A stretch of DNA of 63,056 bases, filler included, from Octopus bimaculoides (GCF_001194135.2; 12 parts of 11 records of this genome joined end to end with filler, not necessarily neighbours in it), one strand, 5' to 3'. Shown: positions 12,909 through 26,830, counted from the first letter of the whole stretch. The notes: generated by a model not told the origin, from the sequence alone. Made by a program: numbers and translations.

Positions 12909-13512
12909 TTTTGCCTAATCATGCAAAATTCTAGTGGAGGTTCATAGTGCCTACTCAATTTTTTTTTACCAAACTTGGTGTGCTGACTTAATACAATGCA
13001 GAAGCAGTATATCTCAAATTTCATTCTTTAAGTTTAAGTAGTTTAGGAGTTAAAGAGTTTGTAATTTGTTACCACTTAGGCCCTACTTTAGGAAATATAC
13101 CCTTCCTATTCTTTTTATTTCTGTGACGCTAAAAACTCTGACTATATTAACTGTTCTTTTTGGAGTAGTAGGCTTATCCAATTAGAGTGTCTAAAATAAT
13201 GTCTCATAAGAGAAGTGTTTGTGTCACTCAAAGAAACAAAAGAAAATCTGGACGAAGAATCTTGTGCAATTTCAAGACTGACATGGGAAAATAAGACCTG
13301 TTCCTTTAGGCAGCGGATATCCTGAAGTGTGAATTTTGTGCCACCTAGTGATTATAGTTTTAAAAGCCCATAACTCCGAAAGTACTTCAACTAGAAAGCT
13401 GCAATTTCAGATATACCATTTCTGCATTGCATTGAGTCAGCACACCAAGTTTGGTAAAAACTCGAGTAGGCGTTATGAACCCCACTAGACTTTTGCATGA
13501 TTTGGGTCAAAA
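12909..13512. mobile_element. MITE/foldback-like DNA element with long imperfect TIRs (about 110 bp clear, weaker similarity to about 170 bp)
   Basis: Left arm ttttgcctaatcatgcaaaattctagtggaggttcatagtgcctactc..ttaccaaacttggtgtgctgacttaatacaatgcagaa is the reverse complement of right arm ttctgcattgcattgagtcagcacaccaagtttggtaaaaactcgagtaggcgttatgaacccactagacttttgcatgatttgggtcaaaa. No ORF inside. Confidence 0.8.
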
Positions 13513-14145
13513 GTGGTGATCNNNNNNNNNNNNNNNNNNNNNNNNNNNNNNNNNNNNNNNNNNNNNNTATATATATATATGTATGTATGTATGTATGTGT
13601 GTGTGTGTGTGTATGAAGGTGTGTGTGTGTGTGTGTGTTTGTATGTCCATTTTATCATGCTATGTCACTTCCAACATGAACATTCTCTTGGAAATGGTTT
13701 AAATGATAATGAAGGAATAAAATATGTTTCCCGTATATCGTTAATACATTAGCAAAAACAGATAAAACAAAGACTTCTAAGACAAACCATTGAATTCTGC
13801 ATCATTTCTTCTTATTCTTTCTATTTCCAATACATCCTCTTGTAACAATATCCCCCTTCTCCTTCTTCTATCTCCTGCGATAGGAGAGGGACGGAACAAG
13901 GGGGAGAACCTACTTCTCCTCTTCTAATTACAAACAACGATACATAATGTCTTGACACACAGTGTTAACCTTCGCTCTCACCTGTTTCTTTCTTTTCTCC
14001 GAGTTTCTTTTTCTTTTCCTCTTTTTCTTCATTCTTCATCTTTCCGAATTTTTTCTCATCTCTTCACAAACAATAATTATTTTTATAGACATTTTGTGCT
14101 GTATTTTATTTATCACCGTATTTCATAAATCCTGCATAACATCTT

Positions 14146-14220
<75 letters not shown>

Positions 14221-14397
14221 NNNNNNNNNNNNNNNNNNNNNNNNNNNNNNNNNNNNNNNNNNNNTTAATTAATTAANNNNNNNNNNNNNNNNNNNNNNNN
14301 NNNNNNNNNNNNNNNNNNNNATGCTCTATGCCAACAATGTTTTCCATGGGAAAGACAGGATGCAGTACAATTTCACACCAGCATCATTGTAGTGAGA

Positions 14398-14590
14398 GTA
14401 TGTGGCTGGAGCCACATAAAATGCATCCAGTCCATTCTGCAGGGTGGCTGGTGTTAGGAAAGGCACCCAGCCACAAAACCCTGCCAAAACAGACACAGTA
14501 GCCTGGGTTAGTCTTCTATCTGGCTGGTTCCTGTCAACCGTCCTACCCATGCATGCATGGAAAACAGACATTAAAGGATGATGATGATGA
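14398..14590 (+). mobile_element. SINE 3' part with RTE-like tail ending in (gat)n
   Basis: ggtggctggtgttaggaaaggcacccagc..ccgtcctacccatgcatgcatggaaaacagacattaaaggatgatgat; same family as 21430-21700. Confidence 0.7.
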
Positions 14591-14595
14591 TTGTG

Positions 14596-14637
<42 letters not shown>

Positions 14638-14642
<5 letters not shown>

Positions 14643-14905
14643 GTGCATGGCCTAGTGGTTACATTGTTGCACTCACAATCTAGCTATCATGATTTCAATT
14701 TCTCAACCAGGTTGATGCATTGTGTTCTTGACCGAAACACTTCATCTCATTTTGCTCTGCGATCACATGGCTCACCTGTTCAGACAGTTCACCTGTTCAG
14801 CGACAGTTGGTTTGATGAAGAGAGTATGTACAGCTCATACAGATGATTACTATAAACGAATCATTTGTGCATGTTATTTGGCAAAAGTTGCAAACTCAGA
14901 CATCA
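14638..14905 (+). mobile_element. tRNA-headed SINE, CpG-decayed
   Basis: gagggtgcatggcctagtggtta..cactcacaatc..gcattgtgttcttgaccgaaacacttcatctc; tRNA-like head followed by the tgtgttcttga.c.a.acact motif. Confidence 0.6.
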
Positions 14906-14923
14906 TCTTCAATGGGAGACCCC

Positions 14924-15022
<99 letters not shown>

Positions 15023-17344
15023 GTGTGTGTGTATGTGTGTGTGTAAGAGCAGATTTAGGGACCACATCTCTTTCATGTCAGGCCCCAACATCCACAGAAG
15101 TAAGCGCTGCAGAAATATCATTTGGTCTCCCCCGCCCCTGCCCTTTACCATTTACATCCTGTAGCTCTAGGCTCTTAAAGTAGTGGAATAAAAGCCCCTT
15201 ATTTATAAAAGAGAAAAGTGCAGGCAACAGGAAGAGCATCCATCTGGCTACACAAAAAAAAAACTGCCTCAAACAAAAAAAACCAGCCCAACCTTTGTAA
15301 AATTTAGTCATAAAACAAATTACTGAACTAAGTTGGTATATTAAAGTTTATTTTCTCATTAATAAAGAGCAGGGTGAGTGAAAAAAATGACTTAGTATTT
15401 GTTAATTTAAACGTCACCCAAGTACATATATATTTTGACTAAATATTTTATTTTTACTACAAGTTTTTGAGGATTACTTTTGTAGAGAAAAATTAATATT
15501 CCTCATGAAGTAAAGGCAAAACAATAAATACTTTGTTTTGTTTGGGGCATTTTTTGTATAGTATTTAGTTCTATCACAATAGTTTCAGCTGCCTAGTCTC
15601 ATTGGAGGTGATTTTTTTTCTTTTTACCTTTCATTTCTCCACACTCAATAAAATGAACATTATTCAATTTTTTTTTTTTTTGCTAAAATATCTAACTGGA
15701 AACATATGACCATAAACTTCTCCTAAAAAGAATTATTTCTGAACCTTGTCAATAGAAATCACTATTTTGTAACATAATTATTCTTTTCATCCTTTCAAGT
15801 GTATTTTTTTCTGTTGCTTCCTTCTTCTGTTGTTATCAGTAGAAATAGAGAAACAGAGTGCAGTTCTTGCTTCTTTCAGCAAACAATGTTGATAGGATAA
15901 ATTTCTATATTACATTGCTCCATGATTTTATTCTGTATTCGCTTTTATTCTTTATAGAATATATTTCTTTAATTGCTAAGCAAACTAAATATGCAGCATG
16001 TATATGTATGTATGTATTTATGTATGTGCATGTATGTATGTAGGTATGTATGAATGTATGTATGTATGTATGTGTGTATATATATATATATATATACACA
16101 CATACAACACACATGCATGCATGCACACACACACACACATGCACACACACACACATATATGTATTATCCAGGCCTGGTTAACCTACAACCAAATATTTAT
16201 CCACTAAGGCAGTGTTCAATATTAATGTTTATATATACATATACATATTATATACAACATACACACACACAGATATACATATACATATATATGAATATGC
16301 ATTTATATTTACACACACATACACATACATACATACATACATACGTACGTACATACGTACATACATACATACATACATACATACATACATGTATGTAGCT
16401 GATGAAGTAGAAGTAGAGCTGATGAAGTAGAATGTTCTCTATGTGGCTTGTGTGTTTTCACGTCTACGTTTTGTTTGCAATGTCCTGTACCCAGATATGC
16501 ACCTATACATACAGGTGGATGTCGGTATGCACATACCTGTACGTATATATGCATATACTCATTTACTATTTGTTTTTACATGACTGAACGCAGCGTCTCC
16601 AATTGTAAGTAGTTTTCGTAACTTCATATTTTCCAACGCTACTCTATCACTCTCTCTTTCTCTTTCTCTTTCTCTTTCTCTATCATTTTTTCCCCCTCTC
16701 GTTCTTCCTCTTTACTACTACATATCTCGCTTTACCCTCTCATTCTTCCTCTGTTACTACTACGTATCTCTTTTTTCCCCCCTCGTACTTCCTCTCTTTC
16801 TCTTTTCCTCTCGTTGCTCACCTATTCTTCTACTTCCTCCCTTTGTTTCTCCCTCTACCACTCTCTCTCTTCCCCTTACACCGGCNNNNNNNNNNNNNNN
16901 NNNNNNNNNNNNNNNNNNNNNNNNNNNNNNNNNNNNNNNNNNNNNNNNNNNNNNNNNNNNNNNNNNNNNNNNNNNNNNNNNNNNNNNNNNNNNNNNNNNN
17001 NNNNNNNNNNNNNNNNNNNNNNNNNNNNNNNNNNNNNNNNNNNNNNNNNNNNNNNNNNNNNNNCACTACATTCCTCCATAGCAAGATTTAATTTGTGTAT
17101 ACAATTTAATTTGCGGTCCATGGGAAGAGCCGTTTTAACGATGCGTCCTGCCCAGCTCTTCGAAACGCCGGTGTTAAAACGGGGGTAGCTGATGAAGTAG
17201 AATGTTCTCTATGTGGCTTGTGTGTTTTCTCGTCTACGTTTTGTTTGCAATGTCCTGTACCCAGATATGCACCTATACATACAGGTGGATGTCGGTATGC
17301 ACATACCTGTACGTATATATGCATATACTCATTTACTATTTGTT

Positions 17345-17380
<36 letters not shown>

Positions 17381-17570
17381 GAGAGAAGAAAGAAAGGGAA
17401 AAGTGTGAGGTGAATAGGAAATATTCTTCGATAATTTCCCCACTGTGGTTATGTCCATGCTGTGACATTGCCAGAAACAGAACCAGAAGACAAAAAAGTG
17501 TGAAAGAGGGGAGGGGAAAAAAAGGACAATGAGAGAATAAATTAAAGTAACGTGTTCAAGAGAAAGTAAA

Positions 17571-17604
<34 letters not shown>

Positions 17605-17608
17605 ATAT

Positions 17609-18000
17609 ACTCTTTTACTTGTTTCAGTCATTTGACTGCAGCCATGCTGGAGCACCGCCTTTAAACGAGCATATCGACCCTGGGACTTATTCTTTGTAAG
17701 CCTAGTACTTATTCTATCAGTCTCTTTTGCCGAACCGCTAAGTGACGGGGACATAAACACACCAGCATCGGTTGTCAAGCAATGCTAGGGGGACAAACAC
17801 AGACACACAAACACACACACACATATATATATATACATATATACGACGGGCTTCTTTCAGTTTCCTTTTACCAAATCCACTCACAAGGCTTTGGTTGGCC
17901 CGAGGCTATAGTAGAAGACACTTGCTCAAGATGCCACGCAGTGGGACTGAACCCGGAACCATGTGGCTGGTAAGCAAGCTACTTACCACACAGCCACTCC
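17609..18000 (-). mobile_element. Near full-length SINE family A
   Basis: Reverse complement reads ggagtggctgtgtggtaagtagcttgcttaccagccacatggttccgggttcagtcccactgcg...aaggcggtgctccagcatggctgcagtcaaatgactgaaacaagtaaaagag. Confidence 0.9.
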
Positions 18001-18591
18001 TATTTAAAACAAAGTAAAAAACACAAAATGAAAAAGAAGGAGGGGTGATATGGGACTTTGTGGTAGTAGTGATAGTAGTGGAGAAAATGATAGAAAGAAG
18101 ATATGAGGAGGGAATTATGAGAAGGAGAGAGGTAGATAGAAAGAAAGGAAGAACAATACAATTAGATTGGAAGTGATACAAAAATGCACAATGAAAGATG
18201 AAAGAGAAAGGAAAGAGTAGAAAAATATGTTTTTTTAACTAACAATATGAAAAATAATAATGAAAATGTAGTGTCATTGTTGATGTTGATGATGTTTTTG
18301 TTGTTATTTAACCCCAGGTCAACTCTGATGGAACAGACCTATGATCAAAAGAATAGACATCGTGACACTACAGTCATCTCTCCCTCTCTCTTTCTCTCTC
18401 TCTCTCTCTCCTTCTTCCTCTACTTATCTATTTATCTATCTGTTTGTATCTATTTATTTATTAATCTATTTGTCTGTCTGTCTGTCTGTCTATATTCTTC
18501 TGCCTCTATCCATCTCTTTCCTCTCTCTCTCTCTATCTATCTATCCATCTGTTTCTCTATTTATATCTTTATCTCTATCTCTTTCTGTCCA

Positions 18592-18624
<33 letters not shown>

Positions 18625-19265
18625 CTACCTATCTATCTATCTGTCTGTCTGTCTCCCTACCGATCCCTTTTGATCGGATTTTTTTATTTTCATTTTACCT
18701 TTTTTTTATTTTTAAGAAAAGCTCTACAGTTGTATTTGTCCCCTCTGTGTGCAGCCCTGTGTGGCTAATAAAAGAAAGATATCTATCTGTCTGTCTGTCT
18801 CAGTCTCACTCTCACTGGAATAAAATGTCCCAGATTGCATCTTCTAAGGTGCCCCCCCCCCACCATATTTTTTGTACGTGTGGTTTGAGGAAGATTTAGC
18901 AGCTGCTCCCACAGGTTGAATGATCACTCAGAGCTCCTGCATTGCACTGTACAGAGAAGTTATAAAGGAAGAAAGGAGATAATAAAGAAAAGGGGACGAT
19001 GATGAAAATGCGTGTGGGAGGAAATGAAATTTGAGATAGAAAACAATAAACAGGATGTGATAGATTTGTGACAAAGATGCAAAGGAGCCAGCTTTGATTA
19101 TAAAAACCATGCAGAGAGAGAAAGAGAGAAAGAGAGACAGAGACAGAGAGAGAGAGAGAGAGAGACAGAGAGAGAGAGACAGAGAGAGAGGTAGATAGAT
19201 AGATGGATAGATAGACAGACAGACAGACACATACATGCATGCATACATACATACATACATACATG

Positions 19266-19310
<45 letters not shown>

Positions 19311-21429
19311 GTAGACAGAGATAGAGACAGAAAGAGAAAGAGAGAGAGAGTGTGCGTGTGTGTGTGTGTTTGTGTGGTTGTGTGTGCGTGTGTGTGTGTG
19401 TGTGTGTTTGTGTGGCTGTGTGTGCGTGTGTGTGTGTTATGAGTTAGTGGTTGACAGAGTTGTCCGGTGTGACTGTTTGGTTCATATAGCGCCAGGATCC
19501 TTAGTTATATTTGTGTGGAGACACTGAGAGGCATTTATTTCGTCGAGGTTGATTGCTTGGTTGATCAAATGTTGTGACAAGAAGCGCTCGTAACCTGTCC
19601 GCGGAGTGCTGAAGTTGAAAGAACAGGCCTTGCTCGATGAACTCTGGAAAATTTTCAGACCCCTAAACGTTAGCCAATAGCTAAACAGAGACAGTTGATG
19701 GTGAAGGGCAGTGAAATAACAGAGTAGGGTGGAGTACAAAGGTTAGGGAATAGAGAAGAGAGAGAGAGAGAGAGAGAGAAAATGAATCATTGATGGTACA
19801 GGTGATGCTGTTCCACTGGATGAGCAAGTGACATAAGAGAGAACAGAAAAGAAAATTAAAACAAAAAAAAAAAAAACCAGCAAGTAAACAAAAAAGCGAA
19901 AATGGTTTCAAGGAAATTGTGGAGCAGGGTTCAGTTTTCAGGGATGATGAAATATAGGAACAGAGATGAGGGATAGAAACGAATGAGGTAAGTTGAGTTT
20001 AGAATTACTGAATTCCTCAGACACACAGTCACAAACCTCACAAATTTCCCAGTATCTCTTTCGTTTTATCATCATCGTTATCGTACTCCCTCTTTCTCTT
20101 TCTCTCTCTCTCTCTCCCTCTCTCTTCCCATCTCATTCTCTCTCATTGTCTATCCTTTCTTTCACTCTTTCTTTCTTTCTTTAGCTCTATACCTTTGTCA
20201 GTCACTATGACTAGTTTTCTCTTTCTCTCTCCCCATCTCCCAGAAACAAAACACAAACCAATAACAGAACATCAAGAAATAGCAGCCAAGTCTCCCCCCA
20301 AGGATAGGACACACTATATAATGTAGTCTTACATATTTCTAAAGAGACAGGATAGTCATGGCAGGGATGTCTTTCATCACACATCAGCTCGAACAGGGCT
20401 GGCCTGGGGCGAAACAATGTCAATAAAGCAGATACAAGCAATAAAACATGCATGCACACACACACACGCACACAAACTGACATATGCACATATACACACA
20501 GATGTATACATGTAAACTGACATTTAAGCATACACAAACATACAAACTGATTCACAAATACATACACAGACATTCATATACACACACACTCACAAACTGA
20601 TCAGATGCACACAAACGCACAAACACACATACACAAATGCACAAACTGACACAGTTTCACACATAAACTCAGGCATGCATGCACACACACACACACTCCA
20701 ACACATTCCAACACATACACACACATACACATCCATACACATACACACACACTCACACAAAGGCAGACACACGCACAAAGACATGCATACACATACCCAT
20801 ACAGACACTCACACTAAGACAGACACACACACACATACAAACAGGAAAAATGACACAAACGCACACACAAACACACATGTTCACAGAAAGACAGACACAC
20901 ACACACACAACAAAAATGACACAAACACACACACAGAGCAAAAATGACACAGGCACACACACACACACACACACACACGCAGTCACAACACTACAGTTCT
21001 GCTTCCTCCAGATACATTGATGCTGTAGTTGTTGCTGTTAATGATGTTTAACCACAACTCAGCTTTGACTGGGAGTAGATCTATGCCCCCAAAACAATCC
21101 AACCATGACCAAATCACTTTTTTTTTTTGTTTTTTTTCCAGCTATTATGAGACGTCCTGTTATCGTATTATTCAACATTGCTTTAGACATACATCTGTTT
21201 AGGAACGTTTGTAGTTTGATTTGTAGAACATCTGACTGTTATTTCTAGCACGTTGAGTGACCATGTATCCGTAGTGGTAGTGGTGGTGGTGGTAGAGGTG
21301 GCGACAGCGGCATTGGTGGTGGTGGTGGTGTCAGCAGCAGTGGTGGTGGAGGTGGTGATAACAAAAGGGGTGGCGGTGGTGGTGGTGGTGGTGTAGTTAC
21401 TGTTATTGTTGGTATGATTGTCATCTTCG

Positions 21430-21700
21430 CCAGTGCCCCTGGACTGGCTCTTGTGCGGGTGGCACATAAAATACACCATTTTGAGCATGGCTGTTGCCAG
21501 TACTGCCTGACTGGCCCTCATGCCGGTGGCATGTAAAAAGCACCCATTACACTCTCTGAGTGGTTGGTGTTAGGAAGGGCATCCAGCTGTAGAAATCAGA
21601 TTGGAGCCTGGTGTAGCCATCTGGTTTCACCAATCCTCAGTCAAATCGTCCAACCCATGCTAGCATGGAAAGCGGACGTTAAATGACGATGATAAACGAC
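21430..21700 (+). mobile_element. SINE 3' half with internal ~45-bp duplication and RTE-like tail
   Basis: ccagtgcccctggactggctcttgtgcgggtggcacataaaa / ccagtactgcctgactggccctcatgccggtggcatgtaaaa; tail cgtccaacccatgctagcatggaaagcggacgttaaatgacgatgat. Confidence 0.8.
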
Positions 21701-21984
21701 GATGTTAGTGTGGTCATTGTTGTTGTGGTCGTTGTTGTTGGCAGTGGTGGTGTGGTTGTTGTATGTGATAGTGTTTCACAACTTTAGACTGGTATTTTGT
21801 TTTATGAGCCCAAAAAAGGTGGAAGGCATAGCTGACCTTGGCAGGATTTGAAACCAGAATGCAGGCAGCTGGAATACATACAGAAAGGCATTTTGTCCAA
21901 CATTCTGATGACTCTACCTATCTGCCATGTATCCATGTACGTATATATGTATAGAGCCCCTCCAGTCATGAATGGCCATGGGAT

Positions 21985-22287
21985 TGCACCTAAGAAGTAC
22001 CCCTCTGAGACAGAAGTCCAGGCAAGGTTGTTTATGGAAGACCAGCAGTCGCCCATGCATACAAACCTCCCCTCTCCATGCCACCGATGTTATCCAAGGG
22101 AAAAGCAAAGGCTGATACAGCTTGGCACCAGTGACATCACAACTCATTTCTACTGCTGAGTAAACTGGAGCAATGTGAAATGAAGTGTCTTGCTCAAGAA
22201 CACAACACACAGCCCAGCCCAGGAATCGAACTCACTGCCTCATGATTGTGAGCCCAGTGCTCTAACCACTGAGCCAGGTGCTTTCAC
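21985..22287 (-). mobile_element. Full-length tRNA-headed SINE
   Basis: Reverse complement begins gtgaaagcacctggctcagtggttagagcactgggctcacaatcatgaggcagtgagttcgattcctggg (A and B boxes); aligns over its full length with 24831-25133. Confidence 0.85.
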
Positions 22288-22439
22288 GTGTGTGTGTGCG
22301 CATGTGACCATGTATGTGTGTATTTATATATATATGTGTATACATATAATATAAATACACACACACACACACATATATATATATCATCATTGGTCATCAT
22401 CACTGTAGTTATCATCATCATCAGTCGTTATCACTGTTG

Positions 22440-22650
22440 TCATCATCATTTAACTTCCACGTTCCATGTTGGCATGGGTTAGATAGTTTATCAGGATCCA
22501 ATGAGCCCAAGGACTGCATCATGCTCCAGTGTCTGTTTCGGTTTGGTTTCTGTGGCTAGATGCCCTTCGTAATGCCAACCACTTTATAACGTGTACTGGG
22601 AGCTTTTTTCATGCTATCAGCACTAATAGGACTGTTAGGCAATTTGCAAG
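22440..22650 (-). mobile_element. SINE 3' part with RTE-like tail
   Basis: catcatcatttaacttccacgttccatgttggcatgggtt..gatgcccttcgtaatgccaaccac is the reverse complement of the tail type at 21580-21700. Confidence 0.7.
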
Positions 22651-22997
22651 ACTATGACCCCCCACCCCACCCCAGGTGGAAACTTTACAGTAACAGAGGA
22701 GGAGGAAAAGATGAGTAAAAGTATGAGAGAAGGAGGCTAGGGAAGAACAGGTTTCTTGCTATAGAGGGGTCACATGACAACTCACATATTAGAAGAGAGG
22801 GTAGAAGTGATTGAGAGGAGCCAAAAAGTGGTAAGGGGGCAGTGAAACAGGAAATGACTGACAAGGTTAAGCAGCAGAATATTAATGATGAAATAGTAGA
22901 CAGGAGAAGAACAAGATAACACACAAATGAGTGAACACACAAAAGAAAATAGCATGCAGCAAATGTATTTGGAGTTTTTAAATAATTAATAATAATA

Positions 22998-23150
22998 GGC
23001 GCAGGAGTGGCTGTGTGGTAAGTAGCTTGCTTACCAGCCACATGGTTCCGGGTTCAGTCTCACTGCGTGGCACCTTGGGCAAGTGTCTTCTACTATAACC
23101 TTGGGCTGACCAGAGCCTTGTGAGTGGATTTGGTAGACAGAAACTAATGG
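22998..23150 (+). mobile_element. SINE family-A 5' half
   Basis: ggcgcaggagtggctgtgtggtaagtagcttgcttaccagccacatggttccgggttcagtc...gatttggtagacagaaact. Confidence 0.85.
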
Positions 23151-24213
23151 AAATATATATACTGTATTCTAAACATGAAAACCAGCAGCAAAATTACAGA
23201 AAATATTACAGATATCTCATAATTATATAAAACAAATTAATATGTATTTTATATATATAATATGTAAAAATTCAAATGTTAATAGTGTAAATTATTAATT
23301 TTATTTACATTTGGTAGAGGACAGGTGTGGTCGAGGTGAGAGATAAGAATACAGGTGACAATTTATAATATTTTTATCGACTTCAACCTGACTTCATCTT
23401 TGTTTCTAAGAGCATATTATTAGATTTGAAAACAAATTATGTCCAGATTAAATTGTGTTACTTCAATAACAGAATTATCCAAAATAAACTTTGTCATTGA
23501 ATAAATTTTCAATGTATTTATACATACAACTCTTTACTATGAAAACATAGTGTTTATGAGAGAGTAGAGCGAAAGCAGATAAAAAATTTTTTTTATTGTA
23601 AATTACACTGTGGAAGAGTAATTTTAACCAATCGAAAAACCCCAAAATTGCTAAATTCATTTGTCATTTGCTTCTTACCAAAATGTTCATTTTCAACTGT
23701 GACCTGATCATTAACATAGTTCCACTGAAACTATTTGAAATTTAGTTAATGACCATTTCTTATAGACCTTAGGGGTTTTCCTTCTGTTTTTGGTGAACTT
23801 GCAAGCGAGAGGTCTGCTTATTCATGTTGATTAACTTTAATCTCTTGACATTAGTCATAGATTGGTCATCATTAGTCATATCCTGGTTCTCTTCTTTTGT
23901 CTGCAGACAACAATGTATTGTTAGTATTCCATCATTTCTGTTATTTTCATTTTCTTTTTACATTTTCTTTTACTTCTTTTCTCACTTGAAAGTTAGTTTT
24001 AAATTTATGCATATCCTATTTACTATGCATAAAAAATAAGGTGTTTTGGGACATTTCTCAACTGTGGGTACAAACTGACAGAAACAGTTTCCTTCTATGT
24101 AGATTTAAATTACATTTTAGAATTTTGAACATATGCTAATCAGAAAATAATGTCAATAAACTTATATGTATCTATCTGTATAAAATTACATCTGTACATA
24201 CACATAAAAATAT

Positions 24214-24265
<52 letters not shown>

Positions 24266-24830
24266 ATCCATCCATCCATACATACATACAAACATACATA
24301 CATACATATATACATACATACAAACAAGAATACCCTGTTGATGTCGTTGAAATTCCAATGAAGGAGACTTGGATCTAGGTTAGAAACCAACTCTTTCTCT
24401 ATTGACCAGAAATCTAGAAATAAAACTGAATAATAATTGGCTGACTGACTGACATAGATACACACACACATATATTTTTTAGCTGATAACATGAACTTTT
24501 TTTTTTAATGCAATACACAAATATTGCATTATAAGGTATAGAATAACCTAAGAAGAGTCAATGAAAATGATAGATAACTTTATTAATAAACCTTGTTTCC
24601 TTAATTCCCTATAACTTCTTCCAAAGCAGCTAAAAGAAGAGAGACATTTTATCATAAATTCATATTGTCACATTATCAATTAAAAGAAATTATCATTTCT
24701 AAATAGATTGTATTTATTATTCTGAACAGAGGAGCTTGTTCAAGTCCATAAATATAATTCCATAAATAAGTGTTAATAAAACTAAAACAGAAGTCACACA
24801 CAGCCCTTTACTTCTGCAGGCCATAATCAA

Positions 24831-25133
24831 TTGCACCTAGAAAGTTCCCCTCCCAGGCAGAAGTCTGGGCAAGATTATTTGTAGAAGACCAACATTCCCC
24901 CATGCATACCAGTCCCCTATCTCCACACCACCAATGTTGTCCAAGAAAAAGGCAAAGGACAATACAGCTTGGCATCAGTGACGTTGCAGCTCATTTCTAC
25001 AGCTGAGTGAACTGGAGCAATGTGAAATAAAGTGTCTCGCTTAAGAACACAACACACAGCCTGGGCCGAGAATTGAACTGATGAACTCATGATTGTGAGC
25101 CCGATGTTCTAACCATTGAGCCATGTGCTTTCG
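24831..25133 (-). mobile_element. Full-length tRNA-headed SINE, CpG-decayed
   Basis: Colinear with 21985-22287 (aattgcacctagaaag...gctgagtgaactggagcaatgtgaaataaagtgtc...ctaaccattgagccatgtgctttc). Confidence 0.85.
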
Positions 25134-25330
25134 TATAGTTCAAATATCATATATGCATACAATATTAACTCCAACCCTCATTTGACTCAGTTAAAATTGT
25201 AGACAATATCATAAAGGAAGAAACTTCTTGACACAGGCAAAAGAGGAGCCTTGTTAAAGAATTTTCATCATGTGACTATCAGGTTGGATCACATAACATT
25301 ATCATGGAAAACATACAATATTCTTTTCTA

Positions 25331-25480
25331 CTCTAGGCATAAGGTCCAAAATTTTGGGGAGCAGGGCCAATCGATTAGATCAACCCCAGTATGCAACTGG
25401 TACTTAATTTATCGATCCTGAAAGGATGAAAGGCAAAGCTGACCCCGGCAGAATTTGAACTCAGAACATAAAGACAGATG
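25331..25480 (-). mobile_element. SINE with the gtcgactttgcctttcatcctttcggggtcgataaa domain (Meta-SINE-like, from recall)
   Basis: tctaggcataaggtccaaaattttgggg..tggtacttaatttatcgatcctgaaaggatgaaaggcaaagctgacc..gaatttgaactcagaa; the reverse complement aligns to 53830-53975. Confidence 0.8.
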
Positions 25481-26628
25481 CTGCCAGCCCGCAGTTTTGG
25501 AAAACATACAATATTGCAATAAAACAATGATATTGTGCATATAACTATAGAGAATCTATCTGGATAAAGTAACAAAAAAAGCATTTCTTGATTTTATGTA
25601 TTTCATCAGATTGAAGAAAGGACCAACAGATTCACATATTGTTTTCCTCCTTCTAAGCATAAAAAATGTAAAACATTACTAAATAATGTCATATCAAAAT
25701 TCACATAGACTTTTTCCTGTTTGTGAAAATACAATATATTGAAAAATTGATGAATAGTGACATGAAAAAAAATAGATGACATCTCAAATCATTTGAAGAG
25801 CACTTTATAACTATTGATTAAGAATTATATATAATTTTATATATTAAAGATATATCTAGCTTTAGGGATCAGAAAAGCCCCTAAAGTGCAGAATGGAGAA
25901 AAAAAATGTGTATGTATGTTAATGTTAATTGTGTTGTAAATATGTTATGATGAAGATGATTGTAAATGATTTGATGTAACACCAGAAGAATTCCTCAAGA
26001 GTATTCCTCAAGAGCTTTTATCAATCTAATATTGATTACTACTTCTCCTCAACAACATTAAGTTGATACTGAATTGATTAAAACTTTTTCATGCATTAGA
26101 CACTGTAACAGTTGAAGTGGTCGACCTTTCATAAGATCTTCATCAAATAGACTTCAAATTTATAAACACACACTATACATAATAGATAGATAGGTGAAGT
26201 TCATAATTACTTGCAATACAAAGAATATACATTGAAATTATGACCACATTGGATATCTTCAAGGAAAGAACAGGAAAGATCTTTAACTTTCTATTGAATT
26301 GAAAGAAATAGAATAATGTGATGTTCCTTCATTAAATTTTTCTTTTTAGTTCTCAACAGGCAATTCACATCTCTTGCAATAGTACTTATGTGAGTACCGC
26401 ATATTAGTTAATCTCTGTATCTTTATAATGACTTCCTTCTTTCACTATCTCCAGTAAGCAATGCAAAATCATAGATAAAACTAACACAATTTCATTGGAA
26501 ACACTAGTATATCTAAATTAAGTTCATTCTTCTCCATGGAATAAAATAATTTATCCCAAACAACACCAAAGTCCAATTTCACTATTCATTTGTTCATTCA
26601 CTTGTTTACCATTCATTTTCCCATACTA

Positions 26629-26755
26629 CAGGGTGTCCACAAAGTCTGGGTACATAGAGATTAACACATAATTTAAGAAATTATTATTTCTTATATTTAA
26701 TTGTTAATGTTATGATTTTATTTACTCCATGTACCCAGACCTTGTGGACACCCTG
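26629..26755. mobile_element. 127-bp Tc1/mariner-type MITE
   Basis: 27-bp TIRs cagggtgtccacaaagtctgggtacat / atgtacccagaccttgtggacaccctg (1 mismatch), flanked by TA on both sides (26627-28, 26756-57). Confidence 0.9.
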
Positions 26756-26830
26756 TAGAATGAGTTTGACTGGAGTTTTATTTGAGGGAGGATTTTACAG
26801 CTAGATTCCCTTCTTATTGTCAATCCTTAC

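Noticed and set aside
14265-14276. ttaattaattaa embedded in N runs, recurring at about 27164, 35382, 44643, 46961, 51034, 53616, 55840, 59120, 60503 and 61880
   Set aside because: It always sits in the middle of a ~100-bp N block. It is a palindrome with stops in all six frames, so it is an assembly gap spacer and not biology. Contig adjacency across these spacers is uncertain.
17120-17185. gaagagc..gctcttc stem followed by GAAACG, hammerhead-like
   Set aside because: No CUGANGA-like core precedes the stem (tccatgg instead).
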